Shown: positions 1 to 8,836 of the stretch, piece by piece | Numbering within the stretch: the first letter of the stretch is position 1 | Layout of the letters: each line of letters starts with the position of its first letter | From: a virus | DNA length: 64,000 bases | Reading direction: 5' to 3' (one strand) | Virus record (IMG/VR): IMGVR_UViG_3300044535_000472 | Span: 58,615-122,614 of that record | Made by a program: the position numbers and the translations under genes | The notes under the pieces: generated by a model | Database searches by the model: none | Told to the model about the DNA's origin: nothing | The model's input: only the letters and a program-made list of their open reading frames with translations

Positions 1-1680
1 AACTTCTAGACCTTCTTTACTATATTGACTATTAGCACCAACAAGTATAGATTCTCCCAATACTCCTTTGTGAAATTTAAGCGGATCTTGAAACTTGGTA
101 GTGTAGTAGTGGTCAACACCTTTAATAGCAGCCTCTTGGAATAATTCCTGAATACCTTCTGGTACATTTTTACCTAAGTAATCAAGTAGTCTACCAGGAG
201 TTTGCATCATCGCATGTTTTAAATATGCTTTCTTACCCCACCTTTTAATATTATTTTCAATAAGCTCGTAACTAGCTTTACCAGCTGCACCAGCTATAGT
301 AGATTTTACTAAATGCTTGTTATAATTTTTTACAAATTGATCTGCTAAACTTCTTTTTACTGCACCATGTCCAATTATTTTTTCAAAACCAAAAGCGTTG
401 GTCATGTATATAATAGGAAGATTTATAAGCGTAACAGCTTTACCGTTTTGCTCAGCAATAGTTAAAATTTTTGAAGCATCTTCACCAGTTGGTCCAGTAG
501 AAAGTTTTTGCTTAGCATCTATTAACTCATTGTGCAATTGCTCATAACGAGTTTTATCTGTAATCTCATTATTTTCATTAATAAGAGATTGCATTTCTTT
601 ATTAATACTAGCAATTTTCTTTTGTTGAACTGCACCATATTCTTGTCTACCTGATTCAATTTTTTCTAGTATAGCACCACCACCTTCAGTTTGAGCTTCA
701 TTAATACCAAATCTTATACGCTGAAGATCTGCATAGCCTCCACCAACACTTCTCATTATTGCAGCAACCCCATTTAATTCACGAGCTTCATCAAGACCTC
801 TTATTGTATTTTTTAAAGGATTAATTTCTTTTGCAAAACCAACACCCATGCCTTTTATACCACCTAAACCTTTTTGACCTTCCCAGATCATTCTTAATTT
901 AGCCACATTATCTGCTTTGCTAAAAGCGGATAATCCAGTTTTTATAGCCTTACCTCTTTCAATAAGAGAAGGTATACGAAGTATATTTCTAGCAGCTGCG
1001 GCGTCTAATGGTTTTGTTGCTGCAGTAAGTCCCAATCTTGAAGCAGTAAACTTAGTAGCAGCTATAGCACTTTCTTCTATTAACACACCTGCTGCTATAC
1101 CTAATGTAGGAGCTAGGTTTGCAAAAAAGTTTACAGAGCTACCAGCAAATCCTGGCTTACTTGACATCATAATAGACATACCATCTTGGTATGCCTTAGC
1201 ACCTTCTATATCAGGAGTAGCATCAAATAAATCACTAGGCTTTGTATATGGCTTTAAATAATCTTTAGTAAAACCCCACATGGTACTAGGAAGGTATTTA
1301 GCCATCCTAATAAAATCACCGCCCACTCTACCATGCTCATTATAATATTGCTCAGTATCAAAGTTTGCAGGATTAATACCAAGTACATCTACATCAGGAT
1401 GTGCATAATATCTTTTTAAATTAAGACCTTCACTACCAGCACCAAATTGAGTAGGTTGTGAAAAACGCAAAGGATCAACTTTAACACTAGCAATCTCGGA
1501 AATTTTATTGTTCCAATCATTAATTGTTGGTGCTCCCGTATTTGTAACTTTTATTGGCGTTGAGGTTTTTGGTTTAAATTCTGGCGCAGGTTTAACAGCT
1601 GGCTGTTGCGCCTTTGCTGTCATATTATCCCAAAATTCAAAAACAGAAGGTGTGCCTTGCGGAGTTTGTTCGTTTGCCAT
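1..1680 (-). CDS. N-terminal 560 codons of a giant virion/ejection protein, truncated by the window edge; not in the ORF track
   Basis: Manual translation from ATG at 1680 (MANEQTPQGTPSVFEFWDNM...) found no stop in the first ~290 codons or in the last 40 codons at 1-120; the middle was not translated. Starts 2 nt after the stop of the 1494-aa gene. Position matches the giant ejection/virion-RNAP genes of crAss-like phages. Confidence 0.8.
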   Translation of the reverse strand, partial: MANEQTPQGTPSVFEFWDNMTAKAQQPAVKPAPEFKPKTSTPIKVTNTGAPTINDWNNKISEIASVKVDPLRFSQPTQFGAGSEGLNLKRYYAHPDVDVLGINPANFDTEQYYNEHGRVGGDFIRMAKYLPSTMWGFTKDYLKPYTKPSDLFDATPDIEGAKAYQDGMSIMMSSKPGFAGSSVNFFANLAPTLGIAAGVLIEESAIAATKFTASRLGLTAATKPLDAAAARNILRIPSLIERGKAIKTGLSAFSKADNVAKLRMIWEGQKGLGGIKGMGVGFAKEINPLKNTIRGLDEARELNGVAAIMRSVGGGYADLQRIRFGINEAQTEGGGAILEKIESGRQEYGAVQQKKIASINKEMQSLINENNEITDKTRYEQLHNELIDAKQKLSTGPTGEDASKILTIAEQNGKAVTLINLPIIYMTNAFGFEKIIGHGAVKRSLADQFVKNYNKHLVKSTIAGAAGKASYELIENNIKRWGKKAYLKHAMMQTPGRLLDYLGKNVPEGIQELFQEAAIKGVDHYYTTKFQDPLKFHKGVLGESILVGANSQYSKEGLEV

Positions 1681-1682
1681 AA

Positions 1683-4600
1683 TTACTGTATCAATGCTTG
1701 TGGGTCTCTAATTAAATCTGGGTTACTACGCTTCCTATCAATACCCAATTGAGTTATATAACCAAAATTATCTAATCCCTGTTGTCTTAATTGTTCAGCA
1801 AAATAATATCCTGGTATTGTACCTTTACTTGCATATTGTGTTTCAATTTGCTGTGGAGCTACTAATCCTTTAAGATCATCTGCTGTTAATATTTGACCAT
1901 TAAGCACATAGTTATCATACTTATCTTGTGTGATATTAAATATACCAGATCCAGGAATATTAACCGTAGCTTTTCCCATAGCCCAAAGAGCTAAGTCTAC
2001 CCAGTCTGATTTTACAGTGCGTTTATACAATGTATTAACAGCTTGAGATTTAGGTATTAATGCTGTAAATACTAAGTCTTTATTATTATTTTGAAACCCT
2101 AATGATTTAGCTTTTTCACCATTAAGTGTAATCTGATATGCTGTCATGTTAGATGAACCAGCAACTGGATACACTCGTATTTGACCTGCAGCTAAATCAA
2201 GCTTGTTAAAGTTTCCTACATTAGCTTGACCTTTAATATCATTTTCTAAGTTGGATAATAAGCCTAATAATTTATCTGCATTTTTAGAATGATTATCTTC
2301 TAAATCAGCCCAGTCCCAATCATTAATATTTTCGTCGCTTACATCAAGTTTATCAAGAAGTTTTACATAAGGCATGTCAACCAAAAATGATTTTTGATAA
2401 TACTTACCATCTTCTTTTCTACTTGCTATACTACCTTTAAGGTTATTGATAAGACCAATTAAATCTTGGTTACCTGTACCAGATGCTAAGTCTACACCTT
2501 CATTAAAGTTAATAAAGTATGGTTGTGCAGTGATACCACCTTGACCCTTATAGCTATCAGCTAAGATATTTCTAGGACTATATGTTTGCAAATCTGTATT
2601 TTTATCTGCAGCTGCAATTCCATATTCTCTTTTAAATGTATCATAGCCTACTATAGGAATTTCTGGAAACTCTAAATATGCAGGAGCTTGACCTCTTTGT
2701 TGTTGAACCGCTGCATAATCTTGATATACCTGCCATTCAGTAGTTCTACCTTCTGAAGTCCAAGTTTCCATTATTGCTTCTTTTAAAAGCTCTTTACCAT
2801 TAACACCCTTTTCATTTAATCTATTAACAATACTTGCAACCTCGGAAGGATTTCCTTCAAATGCTAAATTATCAAACCATGCATTTGGATCATAGTTTAA
2901 TGCCTTATTTCCTTTTTCTGCAAGTCGTTGAGCAATTTTTGGATTTAATTTATTTTGCTCAAGAACAGCACTACGAACTTCTCCTCCAAAAGTAGGGGTA
3001 TATGCACCACCAATACCGGATAATTGTGATGCCCAAGTACCAGCCATATCTGCTTTACCCTCTAAAGAATTTGTTGTTACAATTGCAGCATCCGCCATAA
3101 CATCTGCAGCAGCCCATATCTTAGGATTGTTGTAAATTTGATCTTTAAACTCCTGCTGTGTTTTAACTGCTTTTAACGGTGCTCCATTAGCTGGACTATT
3201 CTCAGCATTAACAGTACCCATTTGTTTAAAGATGTACTTATCCATAAAGTCTCTTAGCTCGGTACCACTACCATAAGCTAACATACCAGGATTAGTTTCC
3301 ATCTTAGCACCTACTTTTGCAATGTTATATTGGTCTACAATTATCATTGCCTTTTCAGTTTGAGACTGAATATTAGCTAATGAAACTTTGTCCATTATAG
3401 TCGTCTTATCAACATCATCTTTAAACAAAGGATCTTTACTATATTCTGCTACTGCTCTATCAAAGCTATCTGATGTAGTAATTCCTAATTTCATATATGG
3501 GAAGATGTCGCTATTTTTAATTTGACCATCATCACCAATAAGCCCTAATCTATCTGGGCCAGGAAACATTTTCTTTATAGATGCTAATGCACTTTTCTTT
3601 TCACTAGGTGTACCATATGCAACCTTGTCTTGATATTTTCTTAGTAATAAATCTACAGTTGTTCCTTTTACATCATCAAGAATTTGATTCTTGGCATCTA
3701 AGCCAGCAGTTATAGCATTTTTAGTTTGAATGTTTTGAGCTGTTAAAGCAAGTCCAGTATCCCATAAATTTTCTAAAAATGATTTCTCTCCAGGTAGTTG
3801 AATATTTTTATATTCTTGAGTCATTTCAGGACTAACTTCACCAACAAGATTTTCACGAGAGTCATCTTCAGATACTAACGGATTAGGCATTAATGTAGCT
3901 AATACTGAAAATTTATTTAAATCAGTTCCTACAATAGTTTTTCTAGCTTCAGTACGAGTTTGATCCGCTAAATAAGTTGGAATACTATCCGTACCTAATG
4001 CAAACTTTGAATAATCTTTAGCAGCATTTACTATAGCTTCTACAGATGCACTATCCGCATTAGCTTCCAAAAGGGCATCAAATTCTGCCTTTCTTGGATT
4101 GTTTTCAGTGAACATGTAACCAAATGGATTTTGGTATTTATTAAATACATATTCATTAAAGTCTTTTACATCAGCTTCAGTTTTTATTACATCTGCTGGA
4201 TTAGGAGCTTCAATAGGTGCATATTTTTCACTAAAAGCTGTATCTTGAAATGCTGTACGTGCGGTATCGCTAGGAGTCGCACTTGCAGTTTGTGCTGTAG
4301 CTGTACCTGCAGTATCACTTGGTGGAACATAATTACTAGCTAATAACGTATCTGCTACAGTAGATGTAGTATCTGGTGCAACAACTGCTGTTGCTGTAGA
4401 ATCTACTTGTGGAATATTTGTTGTAGAAGCTTGACCTGTACTATCTACAGATGATGGTGTAACTGTAGCTGTAGCTGTACTATCTTGGGGTGTAGTTGTA
4501 GTTTGTTGCTGTGTAGTTTGCTGAGAAGATTCTCCTCCACCAGTACTTACACCAGCTTTTTCAGCAGCTTCTTTTTGAGCACCATCACCATCTAAAAATG

Positions 4601-6167
4601 ATAATTGGCTTTTATCAGTAACACCTAGGGTAGCAAGTTTATCTGTACCCATACTATTCCACACAACCTCACTACCATGTCCTCTTAATTGGTGAATATA
4701 AAACTCAAGTTCATTTTCCTTTTTTTCTTTTTCTGATTTACGAGCATTATCATTAGTTGTAGTTCCCGCATCAAGAATACTTTGCAAACCAAATGGATCT
4801 GCACCTGCATCCTCTAATAATAATTTCTTAAGACTATCATCTAAGAAACCTGCTGATTTTCCAGATCTGCCACCTAATCTACTATCCCAAAGTTTTTTCT
4901 CAAGGTCGTTAGCATAATCATAAGCCGCCTTCTTCCATTGGTTTTCTAGCTCCATTGACTTAAGAGAAACCTGATGTGAAAAGTTCAAGTTTTCTAAATA
5001 TATAGGATCAGCTTTTACATCTTGCTTTTGTGTAAGTTGTGCATATGATGAAGCTGCAGTAGCTAAGTCATTACTTAATAAACCTCTAGCCAAAATAGCA
5101 TCAGCTCTAGCAGCTAATGCACTTTGTGATAATCCCTCAGTTGCTGTAGGAGATGTAATATCTAAAGATTGTGTATAGTAGTCATCAGTTTGCTCAGCAA
5201 CTTGACCATCATCATTTAGTCGACGATAGTACTCAATAAGATCTTTATCAAGTTCTGGGTCAACACCCTTTTCCTTAATATAGTTTTCTGCTACTTCTTT
5301 TTTAGCATTAATAGTTTCTTTATTACTCTGAGCTATCTTTTTATTTTCAAGATTGGCTTTATTTTCAGACTCGATAACTTGGCGTATGTAATCTGCTTCT
5401 GCAGCTTGTGCACTACCAAATTCTGATGCTTTTGATTCACCGTATTGCTTACGTTGTAAATAAGCAGATACATTATACATATCGGCAACTTGCTGTTCAT
5501 TACCGTATTTAGAAAGGAAGTAGTTGTACAATGGAACTTCCATTGGAGTACCATTAGTAGTAGTATAAATATAACGACCATCCGAAGACACCGTTTGCAT
5601 TTCTAGTTTACTAGATGTAGCAAATTTTACAGCATCGTCAACTACGTTTACAAATGGAACATACTTAGGTGAGCTCATTGCTAAAGCTTCTTGCTCAGTA
5701 GAGTTAGCAAAATCTTGTGCTTTATATTGCAAATACTGAACACCACCATCCCAATACTTACCGCCGCATTCTTTTGGATTTAAACAATTTCTAAAGAATT
5801 CTGCACGGTCATACTCATTATAAACATCCTTTGTAAAGTTAACATCTTTGGCAAATAACTTATTGGTTGTCAATGGTTTAAACACCTGAAAAGCAGCTCG
5901 TTGATTATCCTCTATAGATAAATCTACACCAGCTAATCTTTGTATTTCATTATTAGCCTTTGAGAAAAAATCATTTCTCATTGTAGACGTATCCTGTCTT
6001 GTAAGAGGTGAGTTTAATAGTGTACCATAAATGCTGTTAACTCGATCATACCCAGCTTCATACTGCGCATTCTTGGTATCAAGAACAGTTTTATAAAAAT
6101 TAAAATCAGGCTGATACGGTTGTATCTGCGGTATGTATTTATTACTTCCTTGTAAGTACGTTGCCAT
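1683..6167 (-). CDS. Large putative DNA-ejection/internal virion protein (1494 aa)
   Basis: Long ORF. N-terminus MATYLQG..YIPQIQPYQPDFNFY resembles crAss-like ejection proteins. Helical N-half with a central Thr/Ala/Ser/Gln-rich linker. Confidence 0.65.
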   Translation of the reverse strand: MATYLQGSNKYIPQIQPYQPDFNFYKTVLDTKNAQYEAGYDRVNSIYGTLLNSPLTRQDTSTMRNDFFSKANNEIQRLAGVDLSIEDNQRAAFQVFKPLTTNKLFAKDVNFTKDVYNEYDRAEFFRNCLNPKECGGKYWDGGVQYLQYKAQDFANSTEQEALAMSSPKYVPFVNVVDDAVKFATSSKLEMQTVSSDGRYIYTTTNGTPMEVPLYNYFLSKYGNEQQVADMYNVSAYLQRKQYGESKASEFGSAQAAEADYIRQVIESENKANLENKKIAQSNKETINAKKEVAENYIKEKGVDPELDKDLIEYYRRLNDDGQVAEQTDDYYTQSLDITSPTATEGLSQSALAARADAILARGLLSNDLATAASSYAQLTQKQDVKADPIYLENLNFSHQVSLKSMELENQWKKAAYDYANDLEKKLWDSRLGGRSGKSAGFLDDSLKKLLLEDAGADPFGLQSILDAGTTTNDNARKSEKEKKENELEFYIHQLRGHGSEVVWNSMGTDKLATLGVTDKSQLSFLDGDGAQKEAAEKAGVSTGGGESSQQTTQQQTTTTPQDSTATATVTPSSVDSTGQASTTNIPQVDSTATAVVAPDTTSTVADTLLASNYVPPSDTAGTATAQTASATPSDTARTAFQDTAFSEKYAPIEAPNPADVIKTEADVKDFNEYVFNKYQNPFGYMFTENNPRKAEFDALLEANADSASVEAIVNAAKDYSKFALGTDSIPTYLADQTRTEARKTIVGTDLNKFSVLATLMPNPLVSEDDSRENLVGEVSPEMTQEYKNIQLPGEKSFLENLWDTGLALTAQNIQTKNAITAGLDAKNQILDDVKGTTVDLLLRKYQDKVAYGTPSEKKSALASIKKMFPGPDRLGLIGDDGQIKNSDIFPYMKLGITTSDSFDRAVAEYSKDPLFKDDVDKTTIMDKVSLANIQSQTEKAMIIVDQYNIAKVGAKMETNPGMLAYGSGTELRDFMDKYIFKQMGTVNAENSPANGAPLKAVKTQQEFKDQIYNNPKIWAAADVMADAAIVTTNSLEGKADMAGTWASQLSGIGGAYTPTFGGEVRSAVLEQNKLNPKIAQRLAEKGNKALNYDPNAWFDNLAFEGNPSEVASIVNRLNEKGVNGKELLKEAIMETWTSEGRTTEWQVYQDYAAVQQQRGQAPAYLEFPEIPIVGYDTFKREYGIAAADKNTDLQTYSPRNILADSYKGQGGITAQPYFINFNEGVDLASGTGNQDLIGLINNLKGSIASRKEDGKYYQKSFLVDMPYVKLLDKLDVSDENINDWDWADLEDNHSKNADKLLGLLSNLENDIKGQANVGNFNKLDLAAGQIRVYPVAGSSNMTAYQITLNGEKAKSLGFQNNNKDLVFTALIPKSQAVNTLYKRTVKSDWVDLALWAMGKATVNIPGSGIFNITQDKYDNYVLNGQILTADDLKGLVAPQQIETQYASKGTIPGYYFAEQLRQQGLDNFGYITQLGIDRKRSNPDLIRDPQALIQ

Positions 6168-6230
6168 AGTTTATACTGTAAATATACGAAAAACTTTTAA
6201 AAGTTACTAAACTTAAAAAGTTTAACTTTC

Positions 6231-8825
6231 TTAAATTAATCCTCCAAACATATAAGGTAATGCACCTGTACCTGCTGCTTGTGCGTATTGTGCAAATGCA
6301 GCTGCAGCATTTGGATCACCCATATTATACTGCTGTAACATTTTATTAAACATCTCAACCTCAGGATTTCCAGGATCTTGAATGTTCATACCCTTGCCGC
6401 CAAAAATAAGTTGTGCAGCTTTATCTGCAGAAACACCTTTTTTCATAAGATCATTTATCCTTTGTAATTGTGCTTCATACTCATCAAAAGATTTTTGACC
6501 TGTAAGATCTTTACCTTTATTAAAATATACTAAACCTGATGGCTCATCTATAAGAAACTTGTTACCAGACATTGCCTCAAGATTAGCTGATGTAGCTGCG
6601 TTAACGTCCATAGCATTTTTCAATGCGGTTGTTTGAGCAATAAACTCATTTTGAGTTTGCTTATCATTTTGAATCTTTTGCGTCATTTCATCATAGTAAC
6701 GCTTAGAATTTTCTAAGTTATATGCGTTAGTCTTAAACGCTAAATCTGCACGGGCTTTCTCAGCATTGTTATAAATCTCATTGTTAGCATTAAAGTATTT
6801 ACCTAATGTATTAGCAATTTGATTTGATGCTTGAGCTTGTGTTGAAGCAGCAGCGGCGGCATATCCTTGTGGACTTCCGTAAACACCAGCGGCACGTAGC
6901 GCACCTTGTGCTGTACCCTGTGTTTCAGCAACCTCACGACTTGGATCTAAGTATGCTTGGTTAAAGCTTACTGGAGCCATAGGGAAAGATGCAGGCATAA
7001 CATTAGGTTGGTTTGCACCAATAGCTAAGTTAGCTACCATGTTATTTACATCTGGTCCCCAGTACTGTAGATCAGGTGTTGCTTGTGTATATGTAGGAGA
7101 TTTCGGGGTTTCAACTGTGCTTTCAACATCTTTAACATCTTCAAAGCCTACTCCTTCTTCTTTAAGACCTTTTACAAATAAACCTTGTCCTGCAGTAGTA
7201 TTACCAAAGATATCATCAACAGGAGATATTGCACGTCCTGCAGCATCTTGTTGGTCACTCATACCTCTTGGTACTAATGTAAAGTTCTCAAGTGTTTTTG
7301 CATATTCAGGATCATCAGCCGCAGCTTGAATACCCTTATAGGCAGCTTGGAACATTGCAATTTGATCATCATTAAAAATCTCATCATCTTTAAAACCAAT
7401 ATCTTTAGCTGTTTTTCTATAAACATTGTTTTTATTTCCACCACCTTTATCCCAAGTTTTGTTTTTAGTAATAGGATCAATCTTACCTTCTACTTCCGCT
7501 TTAGTAATTGCAAAGACTTGTTTTTGAGCTTTTAAAAAGTTATCCAAAACTTCTTCTGCACTTTTAGATTTTAAAGCAGCTTTTCTAGATGAGCTAAGAC
7601 CTGAGGCATCAACTTGACGCTTGTACTCTTCATACATGCGATCAACAATACCTTTATTTGCTGGATCTTTTAATACACCTTCAACATAAGAATAGTCATC
7701 AATGTATCCACCAAGACGTGGATCTGTAACATTTGATTTTGGCAATTGTTTAGATACAGTAGTTTTAGTTACTCTTTGGTAGCCACCATCAGCTTTTACT
7801 ACATATACCTCTTGCTTGTTTTTTGCTTTACCAAATTCTTCACGTACACGTTTTTGAAAATCTGTATCAGACTCATTTTCATTACGTGTAATAACCGTAG
7901 CATTCTCGCTAGGTTTAAATTTAGTTACAGTAGTAGTACGTCTTGAAGCTGGCTGTTGATTTCCAAATGGTGTATTAATTATGTTACCATAACCATCTAC
8001 AACATAGGTCATACCTGTAACTCTATCTGTGATAACACGTGGCTGATTTTGTGCAGTGCGCAATTGATTAATACGGCGTTGCATTCTACGCATTTTACCA
8101 CTTTGAGCTTTTGGTAATCCACCATAACGAGCCTGTGGCATTTCACCTTCAGCCATTTCATTATCTTGCATAGCTTCCATTTGCTCATTATCAGAACCAG
8201 CTTGCATAGGCATAAGAGCAGAAGGATCTGCACCTACACGCATTAAGTATGGTAATGATAAAGCTGGAATATCTTCAAAACCTTTGCTAGCTTCTTGAGC
8301 TAATGCAATTTGACCTAGTTTATCAATAGAGTTTTTAATATTTAATTCAGCAGTACTAACATCCATTTTAGTAGCATTAGGATCTGCCATTACTTGTCTA
8401 GCATCATTAATAACACTACCATATTTCTTAGCTGCGTCAGCATAAGAAATTTTAGAAGTTTTAGACTTACCCTTTTTAGCAGGGTATCCAAAGTATTCTG
8501 CTAAGTCCTTTGGCATCTTTAGAAATTTACTAAAGATAAAAGAATCCTCGGTGGCACGCATAGGTACTCCACCATCAGCATGGGAAGGACCATTGATGTT
8601 AAAGTGTGCGGGTAAACCTCCTACATTAGGATCAAGAATGGTTTCGCCACCCTCTGCTTCAATATTAGGATTTTCATAATCTGGTTGTACAGATTTACGT
8701 GCTTCCGTTAAAGGCGCCCCTGCAGTATTGTGCACAGACCAAGGTGCAATTTGCATAGGAATATTGGGGTAGTGTGTACCACCCCTTTTCATTTGCGGAA
8801 GTTTCTTAATAGTAACTTTTCTCAT
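6231..8825 (-). CDS. Putative internal virion (cargo) protein, 864 aa
   Basis: MRKVTIKKLPQMKRGG header, an EAEGGE...GPSHADGGVP segment of the kind seen in crAss-like structural proteins, internal RYGG-LPKAQ, C-terminal YMFGG. Confidence 0.6.
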   Translation of the reverse strand: MRKVTIKKLPQMKRGGTHYPNIPMQIAPWSVHNTAGAPLTEARKSVQPDYENPNIEAEGGETILDPNVGGLPAHFNINGPSHADGGVPMRATEDSFIFSKFLKMPKDLAEYFGYPAKKGKSKTSKISYADAAKKYGSVINDARQVMADPNATKMDVSTAELNIKNSIDKLGQIALAQEASKGFEDIPALSLPYLMRVGADPSALMPMQAGSDNEQMEAMQDNEMAEGEMPQARYGGLPKAQSGKMRRMQRRINQLRTAQNQPRVITDRVTGMTYVVDGYGNIINTPFGNQQPASRRTTTVTKFKPSENATVITRNENESDTDFQKRVREEFGKAKNKQEVYVVKADGGYQRVTKTTVSKQLPKSNVTDPRLGGYIDDYSYVEGVLKDPANKGIVDRMYEEYKRQVDASGLSSSRKAALKSKSAEEVLDNFLKAQKQVFAITKAEVEGKIDPITKNKTWDKGGGNKNNVYRKTAKDIGFKDDEIFNDDQIAMFQAAYKGIQAAADDPEYAKTLENFTLVPRGMSDQQDAAGRAISPVDDIFGNTTAGQGLFVKGLKEEGVGFEDVKDVESTVETPKSPTYTQATPDLQYWGPDVNNMVANLAIGANQPNVMPASFPMAPVSFNQAYLDPSREVAETQGTAQGALRAAGVYGSPQGYAAAAASTQAQASNQIANTLGKYFNANNEIYNNAEKARADLAFKTNAYNLENSKRYYDEMTQKIQNDKQTQNEFIAQTTALKNAMDVNAATSANLEAMSGNKFLIDEPSGLVYFNKGKDLTGQKSFDEYEAQLQRINDLMKKGVSADKAAQLIFGGKGMNIQDPGNPEVEMFNKMLQQYNMGDPNAAAAFAQYAQAAGTGALPYMFGGLI

Positions 8826-8836
8826 CCTATAGATAT

